This document shows positions 13,480 through 25,217 of a stretch of DNA of 64,000 bases, in pieces. Location: the NCBI RefSeq assembly GCF_963853765.1, contig NC_088857.1:11532001-11596000 (forward strand), written 5' to 3'. Made by a program: the position numbers and the translations under genes. Positions within the stretch are counted from its first letter, which is position 1, and each line of letters opens with the position of its first letter. The notes beneath the pieces are model-generated. The model did not search any database. It was not told the origin of the DNA and worked only from the letters and a program-made list of their open reading frames with translations. This DNA is from Magallana gigas (lineage: Eukaryota).

Positions 13480-15654
13480 TTTTAACCTGAATCTAATTGA
13501 AATATGCACTTTCAAGAATGTAAAAAATGTGTAAACTTTATAAAGCATGAGGAAAAAGGGGAGAGTGTGGATGGAAAGATTTGAATCCAAAATCATAAAT
13601 TAAATTAAGCTGATGTAAAGAATGATTTTGTTTGTTTTCCTCAAGAAGAAACTTTGGAAAAAAATATCCATGATTAATTTATTTTTTAAGAAACATACTC
13701 ACAACACTGACTTGAAACAAATTTCAATAAATGACAACAATGAAAATTTACATGACATCAACATGCTAATTTAATACACATGTATTTAAAACTGAATCCC
13801 CCAAAACATATACAACACAACATACCTTGCATATATGTAAATTATACATGATATAATTATATATGTCCACTAATTCCATAACATTCTGAGACAAGAATAT
13901 ATAATAATCAAACAACACCATAACTGGTGACAAACAGAAATTGTTGAAAACTAAAAAAATTACAGAATTAAAAAAAAAGAAAAAAAAAACAATGGAAAGC
14001 AAACTTATCAATTAATTGTGCTGTACAACGAATGAACTAAGAATGACAGATGCTAGTTTTAACAAGTGAAAGTTTGAAGGTTGAGACGTTTACAGAAGAA
14101 CTAGTACAGTATGGCATGCGCTGCAGGGTTATCCGTACATTACCTTATGCATATTCACCCTGTAAGGATTTTATTGCTAATTATATTAGTAGATTTATCT
14201 GAAAACAACAATAATAAAATGAGATATATACAAGCAAATGATTCATATCCAAAATTTTAATTTTACCTGATCGATGTTGATTAACATTAATATATAAATT
14301 AATAAATATAGCTTTCGGTACTTAATCCCCCAACACATGTGAAACCCAACTAACATACACTTGGAATATATACAAAATTGTGTACACAAGAGAGAAGTTG
14401 TGCGGCACGAAAAAAAAATAATGGAAAGTTAGATATGATGCAACTATATGATGAATTATTTCTCTGTCACTTTAATAATTTAGTACACGTACTGTAATTA
14501 GATTCCTTCTTCCTATTTGATTAAATTTGATTTAGTGAAGAATGAAATCTTTTGATTTCTAGAAAAAAGTGGTTTGATATGAAGTCTAGCAACTAGCTTT
14601 GATGCTTTAGTATAAAACTTACCACTTTCATTGGTTTATAATAGGGCACATTTCCACCTGAATCAAGTGTCTGAGATTTCGTACAAGATGCACAGTTCTA
14701 CAAGAGAAGCAATTTACGATATCTCTACTTTTGTAGCTTAAAGATGTGAACATCAAACCTCTATTTGCATTGCTAGAGCAAATTATGCGTAAATTTTTGA
14801 CTGAAAATATATTTTTCTCTTCATATTGGTTATATATGATAATATATAATAATACGTAAACATTTATAGTTCAACGTCCGTGCATTTTTTATCATAAAAT
14901 TTATGATTTAAACTAGCAAAGAAATAATTATATACTGAAGAATCATTCTATTAAATACATTTAACTACATTTACAATTAAAGACATACCAATGACATTGG
15001 AATTCAGCACATCACACCTTTAAAGATAACATTTTAACATGTTTATTTCAAATTGTAAAACACAACAAATTTCAGCATTAAATCCAAAAACAATGTCTTT
15101 TTTTTAAAATTCTTGTACCTTCATTAATTAGTGGCGTATTGAAATAGTCTATTAAATATGAAACTTTGATTTATTTTTTTTCAATTATTGAGCTTTTAAC
15201 TTTGGAGAGAGAAAAAGTGAAGTGTCTATAACAAAATCTTGTACAGGGAACTTTCAAGTACCAGTCAATAAAAATTTTGTAATTCGGGGTAACGCAGTAC
15301 TTACCACAGAGCCAGAGTGTTGTATTAATCTTTATCTTCCAAAACTAATTACAATAAGTTAGCTATAACCTACTTATTTAATCAAATTATCAATGTTTTG
15401 ACAAGTCAGTCAAGTGTCAACTCCAATCTGAATTTCCTTTAGTTCAGATTGTCATTTTTATTTCCTTTGACTGGAGAGTTCTTTGAATAACTTGTACGTA
15501 AACTGTTCGCATTACACAAAATTATTCTGCACGATGCATAAAGCAATTTACAACGGGAAAATTATTTGAGAAAGTAGAAATTTTTTAGGTAAATTATTTG
15601 AAATATTTTAAATTTAATATATAATTCATTATTAATTTGTAGATAAAAGAACAA

Positions 15655-16675
15655 GATTATCCCCGAGTACCCAAACTCCGTCACCATAAGCAGAAAACCT
15701 CCCGCGTTTCTCTGTAAATTATTTTTTGTGGTTTTTATCATTTGCAATCACTAAATATAATCTGAAACAATATAATTTATAAAATTATTAACAAAAATAT
15801 TTTTATTTTTATTCAAATAAGCCCTCTGAATACGACGTTTATCACACGTGCTATCATAACTTATGAACCTAACTCCGTCACCCACATGCTCTATGATATG
15901 GCAGGGAATAAAGAAACATTAACAATTTAGTTAAAACTCAATTTGTATCTAGGTCAAGTTATAATAAGTAAAAATGGTGCATACAATTTAAATTGTATTT
16001 AATTTCATCGAAATGAAATGATCGCCAGAATAAAAAATGGGTCCATGTAACAACAATCACAATGGCCTTTTCAGAATTTATGGATGCCGTTTGATTTATG
16101 TCCTTATATATTTAAAATATTTTATATCATTAATTAATATATTACTTATTAAATTATTTATTTATTACATTTTTAGAAATGTAGCATATTTTAAATAGCG
16201 ATATACCGGATATTTCTATACCCTGTATAAGGCAAAAGTATCGGCATGAGCGATTTGACGTTATCATCAAGAGTAGTGCATAAAGGCTATTGCGGTCTGA
16301 AAAAAATGTATTAATTACCTTAATCAAAAACGTATTACATGTGAAATGTTTCATCTTGACCTCTCTAAAAATGGCTGACCACCGTAAATGATCGAATGGG
16401 CCCGCATGTCAGAAATATCGATATTTTAGTGCACCCGTGAAAAAGTTTTAGCTGATTTCACACAATTAATGGTGCATAAAATGAACAAGGTTTAATTCTG
16501 TTATTTTTTGACATATTCTTAAATTTAACCGTTGCAAATTGTTGACATTTGATTTAAGATTTTTGACATGTAAAAAATGACGTCATAATCGTACTTGATT
16601 TCAAACGGCGAGGAGTTTCCCGAAAGTGACGGAGTTAGGGTAGTGACGGAGTTAGGGGGCTATGCGATAATAATC
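15655..16675. mobile_element. Degenerate inverted-repeat element relic
   Basis: The motif (CT)AACTCCGTCAC occurs twice on the left (~15674, ~15871) and twice inverted on the right (16626, 16643). No clean TSD seen. Confidence 0.35.
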
Positions 16676-17502
16676 ACACAATGTAGAATTTTTAATACTG
16701 TACATACTCCAAGTAAATGAAATAATAAAACTTTACCATGTTTACATACTGACTTTGTGTATGACCCAGTGTCCATTAATCACCATATCTAGTATATGAA
16801 ATGCATTGTTCTGCATGCGATACTTCACACAGTCAATCAGTTCTTTTGACTTTGGCACATATCCAAAGTGTAATATTATGCTGTTCAGTTTACGTAAATA
16901 TAAGGTAGTTAAGATTTTTAAAAGATTATCCTTGCACATGTATCTGCAAACAAATTCCTCACACATTGGATTAATGTAAATTTGACAATGTACCTGGTGA
17001 CCAGTTCAAGAGGTTGAGGGTGCAAGAAGCTACACATGGATTATATATATATGAGGTGTGTTCAACAGGGCAAGTGCTTGCGAGCGCTTGCTAAACTTTG
17101 TTTTGCAGGTATAGAGACTTTTGGCAAGGGCCTAAGTAACTGCTCTGATGAACACGCCTCTGGCTTCATAAATATTAACAATTTTGGTTTTTACATGTAC
17201 CTTTCAAAATATATAGAGAGTGACTTATTTAATTACATATATACATGTACATGTAACTTTTGAATTGAAACATATTGTGAAACATATCACGAATGATCTT
17301 TTTCTCAATGTGCCCAATGTACCGTAATAGGCTTGTATCACTAGAAAGGACAGAACAAAGGTGATTAAGATAGCCAAGTTTTATTTCACAATTTTTTAAT
17401 TTTTGTCCAACATTTTTAAAATATCTGAAATATACCAATTGCTATGAATTCATAATATAGTTATTTCACATAAATGTAACTTGGGTATTTCAGGTATTAT
17501 TT

Positions 17503-20500
17503 TCAATCAGTGTCCATGGTTTCTTCTTTTTTCTCTCCCTTATCATCCTTCTTTTTCTGCTGTTCCTGCATAGCCTTCACAAATGCATCAAGATCTGTAG
17601 AAGAAAGAACATCCATAATTATCAAAACAAACTTTGCATTTAGGGGGGGGGGGGGGGGGTGTTGATCAACATTTTATTAATAGGATCACTGAAGCATGAC
17701 TGACCTCCCTCGGCAGCAGCATTAGCTACATCCTCTCCTAGGTCAAACTGTGACATCAGGGGGCCCAACTGACCAGACTGCAAGGCAGCACTGAACGATG
17801 ACAGTGCCTGTAAACATAATTAAAACAGTAAGGTCTCCACGGCATTCAGTATCTACACATACTTAATTTACATATACCAGTAATTGTAGCAACATTGAAA
17901 ATCTTCGTTAAAAGTTCAGAGTTTGGCAATGAACATCAGTTTTCATAGCATGTGCAAAAGCTCACAGGCTAACAGGTAAGTGAAGAAAAGAAGAATCAAA
18001 TGATTAGCATGTAAATTAAGAAATCTTTGTGGGTTATGTGTTATTTCTTAATTAATCTTTGCAAAGGGATTTGTGAGCAATTGGCTGCTTAAGTTTTGTG
18101 CATAATACTAGATATAAAACTACTTAATATCAACAAATTGAAAAATATAACTACATGTATTGCTATATGACATCAATCTCTGCCTAAAGTAAACCTTGTT
18201 AATTGTTGCATTTTTATGTACCGTAACTTTGACTGAATAAAACATTTGCTTTTTGCTCATCTCAACATTATTACAACATATCAGAAATACACATACTTGT
18301 ATTTCAAGAGAAAGTACAGAGCTTTTAAATTTTTATCTTAACATCTGCTGGAATATACAGGTAGGTGAGTATGTGTGTTTTGAAAGGCAGAGAGGTTTTC
18401 TCACTAGAATGTCTGAGAACACCTAGTCCTTTACCTGCTGAAACTGTGGGGATTGCACAGTGTTACGTAGCTCTCCCTCAGTTTTGGGGAGGGACTCGCC
18501 CTCCGGCAGGAACTTGATTAGTCGCTCCTGAACGTCCTTGTTGGCCAGTATGGGGATCATCGACTCAGGGTTCAGAGCACTCACCAGGTCAATCTCTAAA
18601 AGGGATCAATGCAACATCAGTAACTGCACATACTGACTGTCAGTCTACCACTTTGTTAGGTAGAAGAGTTATGAAATAATTTTGCTTACAACTTACTATA
18701 ATTTCAATTTATAATTTTAGGACTGATATCCCTTTTTGGTAGCCTGAATTTTTTTCATTGTCAACGAAAATTGTTTTAACATTATTGGGTAGTATACAGT
18801 AATAAAGATCATATTTTGTAGTACTTACGGTCTTTGGAAGGTCCTGATGGAACTGAAATTAAAATCAAACTTAATGTATTAAAAGCAAAAAATCTGCTTT
18901 AAACTGTGTAAAATATCAAATACATAACTTATTGGCTGTTTAGGTGGAAAAAAGACAACAAAATTCCATTTCCTTAGTCCAAATGTTATGTTCAGCTATT
19001 GAGGATAAACAATTTCCCTTGACTGGAGCACTTAGGGGAGATACAAGAAGTAAACAATAGTCATGAACATTCTGAGCAATCATTACTGACCATTCATGGT
19101 AGACAGGATGTTCTGTAGGTCACTCAGACGGATGGCCTGCCTCGGGGTAGTGGTCCCCGCTGCAGGGGGCTGGGATGCAGTTGTTGTGGGTGTCTGGGAG
19201 GGTAAGGCCGCTGCAGTCACCGGTCTCTGGGAGGTTTCTGATGTCCCGCCACTTCCTCTCGTTCCCGGGGATGACTGCACTCTCATAGGCCTAAAAACAC
19301 ATCATTATTCCATAAATATGAGGTGTTCACATAAATTGTAACATTCATCCAAAGACATGATGGCATATTATATGTAGTAAATTTTTAAAAATATTGATTT
19401 ATATTTTGTTGAAGATAAGAAAAGCCATGGATTCATTCTAAAATTTTCTGACCCACAGACTGAACTTTGTATATCATTTTCTGATATGGTAGACTGAGTA
19501 TACACACAGTAAATATCTTTTATTTTTGATATGGTAGACAGACCCCATTTAATACTTACGGTTCTGATGCAGTTGACTGGGCACTGCTTGGTCTTCCTCC
19601 CATCAGGGCAGACAGACCCCCACCTGGTCCTCCCATTCCGATACCACCTACAGGTACAAACACATGCTAGGTACTCAAACAGTGACAGCGCATCAAGTTA
19701 ATGATAAGTAATAAAATCATGTAAAAATAATCAAATAGCAAACTCAAAATCAAGTTGATGAGAGAAAATATTATCCTTGAAGGTTTCTCACCAATAAGCT
19801 GCATAAACTGTTGCTGACTCATTCCTCCAAGGATGTTCTGTAAATCCTGGTCACCTGGAGAAAAAAAATTCATGTAAAACAGATTCTCCAATCATCTCTC
19901 ATTGTTAAATACTTCTTAAATATCAAGTGTTTTCATTAAACCTGTACAAAATAATTGACAAATGGAAACCCTGTCTTGAAGTGAGTCTAAAACTGCCTAC
20001 CCAGTCCACTGAGCTCTGAGGGGAGCCCCGAGGCTAGTCCGCCTCCTCTACTGGAACCAGGGGTTGGGGGGTTGTTCAGGCTGTCATTGACCTTCTTACA
20101 GAACTCCTCATCCTTGTCAGTCTTCGGTTCCTGAAAGAAATAATATGCATTGATTTCAATAATTCTAAAGTAAAGAGCTCCTGAATTACTTATTTGAAGA
20201 GACTTTCAGAACACCATATTTAAGTTTTCAATCTGCTAAAATATAACAGCATTAGATTGTGAATTAGTTTTGTATTCTATTGGTCAGTGAACCAGATCTT
20301 TACTCACCTGCATCCAGAAGAAGAATTTCCGTGCAGGCGACTTGAACTTTAGTACATAGACTCGCCCAGTGGTGCATTGTGGTACAAGTTTAAATTCTGT
20401 GTCCTCTGGAAATATGATTAAATCCTGCAAAAAGAAAAACAAAACAATACATGAGTTTAAAAAGCAGCTTTAGTCTGTCCCAAGTTATTGCTTCCATCGC

Positions 20501-21510
20501 TTTTTGATGATTTTTAATAAAATTACACATTCATGTGAAAGAAATACAGTTGAAATCGTTAAAAGGGAATATATAAAAGATATCTTCATTGAACAATTAT
20601 CCCTTTTCACTCATAAAATTTCACAGGAATGAAAACAATTCTCTTACGGAGATTTATAATGGGAAATGTTTAAATCTTTTCTCCATTCGGAAGTACTCGG
20701 GATGCCTTGCGCAATTTTTTAACGTTATTATCCGGGCTTATTAATGGCTGATGCAATGCAAAATCTCCATATAGACTTACAATTTTGGGATAAGAGGGGG
20801 CGTTTCAAAACAGATAATCTGGACATTTTACATATTAGTGAATGAACGCAGTTTGAGCACAAAGGTATTTACTATTATTGAAATATCAGGCAAAAAGTGG
20901 TGGAAGCAAAAACTCAGACGGAGTATACAAAATCAAGTAAATTTAAAGGACTAAGTTAAACATGTAACGCAACAAGGAATTTATCAAACTCCAAAATCTT
21001 ATCTCTCACCTTCGAGTTTTGCTGAGAAATTTTAATTAAAATTCATCTTATTTCCATAAATTGGGTACAACACCATTATATAGCTTACTGCTAATTGGTA
21101 GCAAACCATCATCTCATTTCCATAATAAAGAAAGAAATATTCTATTCATATTAGTTTACCTTAATCTAACATTAGCGTTATTCGCGTGACAATTATTCCT
21201 GCAGATACTCTTGCATTTACACTTTATAATAAATTTGTTGATTTGAAAGTTAGGAAGTTAAAAAATATACGACAGAGGAAATTCGGTACGATGACAAATC
21301 AAAAATGCTTACATCCTCAACGGTTCCGTTCGTACGGTCTTTCCAACAGAAGTGCATCAGAGCATCGTCCGACTGGTAGACGTATACCATTCCCTTCCTC
21401 TTGTCAGGATGGACCATTTTACCCTTCATAAACATTTTACCGGCCCTGAATTCGACCAGATTTTTACTCTGGGAACGCCCGGTACTGCCAAACAATGCTC
21501 CTGAAGCCAT
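17503..21510 (-). CDS. ADRM1: Proteasomal ubiquitin receptor ADRM1/Rpn13, 10 coding exons
   Basis: Exons 21313-21510, 20308-20424, 20001-20130, 19792-19854, 19560-19647, 19091-19290, 18829-18852, 18435-18595, 17705-17807 and 17503-17594 splice in frame. Pru domain LVEFRAGKM…[28 protein letters not shown]…DLIIFPED…[11 protein letters not shown]…FFWMQEP; C-terminal [33 protein letters not shown]. Confidence 0.97.
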
Positions 21511-21609
21511 TTTTTCTTCGAAAAGTGTAGAGGCCGGTTCGATTTGCTCTTCTAAATACCGAAGAAGAGTCTTCCGCTTTAAGAAAACGTGTTCGTTTTA
21601 TCTAAAACT

Positions 21610-21617
21610 ACTTCCGG
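21610..21617 (+). promoter_or_regulatory. ETS-type motif (ACTTCCGG) in the transposon left end, between the ADRM1 and Myb start codons
   Basis: Exact ACTTCCGG. A mirror copy (CCGGAAGT, 26854-26861) lies upstream of the transposase ATG. Function is inferred only. Confidence 0.4.
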
Positions 21618-21667
21618 TAGATCTTCTGCCTCTTCCATCCCGCGAGCAGAAGAGACTGGAAAACAAT

Positions 21668-23792
21668 ATGGCGGATGATGGCGGGTAAGTAAAATTATGA
21701 AAAGATTTTCAAAAATGTTTATTATTAGTAGTAGTTAATCGGATAAAATTATCAACAATATGTATAAAATATGCATTAGTAATGTCAAAAAGATAATTAA
21801 CAGATTAATAAAGTATTTTAAGGTAGCAGTTAACCAGTTAACGTGGTTTATAAAAAGGGTTTCAAGTTTTGGCATGAGTGGAAAGTACAGCGAATGCGTG
21901 TATCGTTTAAATTATTGCTATGTTAATGCATTTGATTTAATGATTTTATTTTTTATAGATTCACGAATGTCAACGTTACTTTGGGGAACGGAAAACTTGT
22001 ATCTGTCCAAGTATCGCCAGAGTTGTTTGGGCACTTTACCTCATCAGGTTTTTATTCTTTAGCATACAATTAACGTGAACACATTTTTAAACATTACACA
22101 TGCATGTTTATTATAATACCTTATACCTATAATACTTGTATCTACAGGCACGTAGCATCGTTTTTGAAAGTGGGGGGGGGGGCAGACTCATCCAAAAAAT
22201 CATGACAAGCAAAAAAAAAAAAAAGAAAAAAAAAGGGAATTTTTTAAGTTTCCCAAAATCTTCAAATTCCTAATCCGGGGGGGGGGGGGGGGGGGGGGGA
22301 GGGGCTGGTGTAGTATAGCCTATAACTTCAATTTCACTTCTTATTTCCTTATTTTCAATTTTATTTTTTACATACTCCCAAAAAAGTGTGGGGGGGGGGC
22401 CAAAAATTGTTCCTGCGAGAAAAAGTGGGGGGGGGGGGGGCCAGGCCCCCCCTGATGCTACGCGCCTGATCTATTATAGATGTAATGTTAAGAAACAATT
22501 CTTACAATTAGAACTAATTCTACAAATTAAATAATAATTTAATATTTATTTTTTTATTAAGTTAATTTGTATTCATTTGTTATATAGAATATATATTTTT
22601 ATAACAGATCCTGATTTAAAACAGTTGGCTAAACAACTCATCATACAAGCAGCTATGGAGAAAGATAGTGAAGCAGAATGTGAAGAATTGCCAGGTATTT
22701 TTTCAGACATTATTTCTCCTTAAGTTTATAAAAAGGCATACTATCCTAAAGTCTGTCTCAAGATATTTTTGCCACACATTTTCTAAAATTATTCTATATC
22801 AAAATTCTTAAATTTTAATTTTATTTAATATTTTATTTATAAATACCTTTGGATTCAAATGATGTTCATTCAATAGCATGAAAAATCCAAAGATTTTCCC
22901 TTTAAATGCCCCCTCTACCTTGTCAGATTTCAATACACAGCTACATGTACAAATTAAAGGTCTACAGGGATTTTGAATTGCAAAAGAGATAAAAATACCC
23001 TGATCGTATATCATTGAAAAATTGTGCAAGGTAGTCCGAGTTAAACTTCCAAATGGAGAAAAGGTGTCAACATTTCCCATTATAAATCTCTGTAACAAAT
23101 CTGTTTTCAGTTTTTTAACTGATTTTTCTCTTGTCATTTTTGTAGACATTCCAACTGTTCCACAGACCCCAGAGAATTCACCGAAGCCTACACCATCAGG
23201 CATTTTTACATATGAACAAACTATCTTTTTAATTTCTGCCTACAAGGAGAGAAAAGAAAAGTTCTTATCACCCACTCACAAGAAAAAAGCACTGTGGCTA
23301 GAAATCACAGAAGAGTTAAACAAATGTTTTAAAACTGAGTTCACTGTGGCCCAAGTTGAAGGCAGATGGAAAACACAACTTAGTGCGTACAAGAGGCATC
23401 AAACCGACCAGGCTAAGTCAGGGAATGAAAGGAAAGAATTTCTGTATGAAGAGGAATTCCAGGATATCTTCAGTGATCGACATGATATAAATCCAAAGTT
23501 TGTGGTTTCATCTTTATCCTCAAGCTCAGATAGTGGAAGTTTCACTCAAGATGAGCCCTGCACAAGCTCAAGTTCTGGTGAGCCAGCAGGTATCACAGAT
23601 CCCCAGCCCAAAAAGAAAAGGAAAATTTCTTCCAGATCTAATTCTTCTCAAGTTATCCATTTTTTGGAAGATTATGTTGAAAATCAAAATAAAAAAAATG
23701 AAGAAAATATGAAAAAAATTGAGAAAATGCATGAGGAGAAAATGAAAATATTTAGTGGTTTCCTCTCAGTTTTTAAGAGTATGAAAGATTAA
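21668..23792 (+). CDS. Harbinger Myb/SANT(MADF)-like DNA-binding protein, 4 exons, 279 aa
   Basis: Exons 21668-21684, 21959-22047, 22608-22694 and 23146-23792 have phases 2/1/1 and total 840 nt; the exon 2 donor (GTTTTT) is weak. Trihelix/Myb-like segment FTYEQTIFLISAYKERKEKFLSPTHKKKALWLEITEELNKCFKTEFTVAQVEGRWKTQLSAYKR, then an S-rich linker, a PKKKRK NLS-like motif and a coiled-coil C-terminus. Confidence 0.85.
22145..22468. mobile_element. Poly-G/poly-A-rich MITE nested in intron 2 of the Harbinger Myb gene
   Basis: TIRs CAGGCACGTAGCATC / GATGCTACGCGCCTG (1 mismatch), with the direct repeat ATCTA on both sides. Confidence 0.8.
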
Positions 23793-24073
23793 AATATTCA
23801 TGTCTTCAAATCTCTGTTAAGCATTGAAATGTAGGTCTATGAATTCTGATGTAATGTTTTGATTTGTTTCTGCTTTATATGGTCTTTTTCCATCATGCTG
23901 TTTTCAAATATGGTATTTCATATTGATTTTCCAAACTTGTTGTATTTTTTAATTGATGTTTAGTTATTCACCAGTAACTGACTTTCCATTTCAAGATTTG
24001 AAAATTATCTGTAATTTATAGAACTGCTATGTTGGGTGCAACAATTTGATGTGTTTACTATTTTCTTTTACAG

Positions 24074-24759
24074 GATATGCATATTTATGCCACTTGCCTC
24101 CAGAAATAATATGCAAAATATTGACATACATTCCAATTCCAGAGTTGTACCATTCTGTATCTAAAGTTTGCAGTTCCATGAATTGTCTTTTTAAGAGTGG
24201 CCTTGTATGGAATTCAATAACTGACTTGAATTTTTTCAATGAAGGAATGAAAGATATATTCACTGTAGAATTTTTGAAACTTTTTGGAAATTGTGTTAAC
24301 CTTACCATGGATGCAACACTTCTGCAAGATTGTGATTTTTTGGGTAGTTTCAAAAATTTGAAATGTTTGGATATCAGGGGTTCCAAAAACGAAAATATTT
24401 GCAATGAAAACATTGTTAAAAATTTATCTAAGTGCAGATCTATGGAGAAACTCTTCATTAGCAGTTTGCCAAACTTGAGTGATGATGGTCTGTTGTTATT
24501 ATCTAAGGAGATGGGGGGAACACTGCAGTATTTACAAATTCGTAACTCTGCAGAGATCAGGCCAGAAACTTTTCAGGTTTTGATGAAAAATCTAAAGTGT
24601 ATTAAGGCCATCAGTGTGACTCCTTCTGGAGATTATGAAAAGTGGGCAAAAGTTCTAAATGAAAATGCTGTAAGGTGCAGTTTTGGGCATGAAATTCTTG
24701 ATTTTGTTCCAAAGCGATATCTTGTATATGACAGAATGTTTTACTCTCTGTTGCCCTAA
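24074..24759 (+). CDS. F-box plus leucine-rich-repeat (FBXL-like) exon inside the Harbinger element
   Basis: Stop-free frame 24046-24759. F-box-like LCHLPPEIICKILTYIPIPELYHSVSKVCSSMNCL, then LRR-like repeats (NLKCLDIRGS, SMEKLFISSLPNLSDDGL, TLQYLQIRNSAEI, CIKAISV). A strong acceptor TTTTCTTTTACAG ends at 24073; an in-frame ATG at 24049 is an alternative start. Confidence 0.8.
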
Positions 24760-25217
24760 ATGATTGTTAAAAATTGTCTGTGGAAGTTGAAGTGTGATTT
24801 AACATGCCCTTTAGTGGGCTTTTTCAGTCGCTGTATGTGAATATGTATGCGAGATTCAAGCGATATTCTTTATTTTTTAAATGCTAATTAAGCCAATATG
24901 TGATTTGTTTTTCCATAATATTGATCTCAGGTGGTTTTTAAAAAATATATTTATGTTTATAAGCATCAAGAAGATGATTGTTTTGAATAATACATTTATT
25001 ATATGTTTTTTATATAATAAAACAGTTTTTTACATGAATAAGATATGCATTGCTTTATTTTAAAAGAAGAATACACTTTGGTTTGTTCCATTAATTAATC
25101 CAATGTGTGAAAATGATTCAGAAAAAATTTCTAACACAACGTATACCAAATTTTCATTGCCAAACTGATTTCTTTTACATATATATGGTTAATTTTAAGT
25201 ACCGGTACATGCAGATT

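Noticed and set aside
24074-24759. Functional link between the F-box cargo and the neighbouring proteasome receptor ADRM1
   Set aside because: The F-box lies inside the TIRs and shares no sequence with ADRM1. Adjacency is explained by the insertion site, and one instance cannot support a link.
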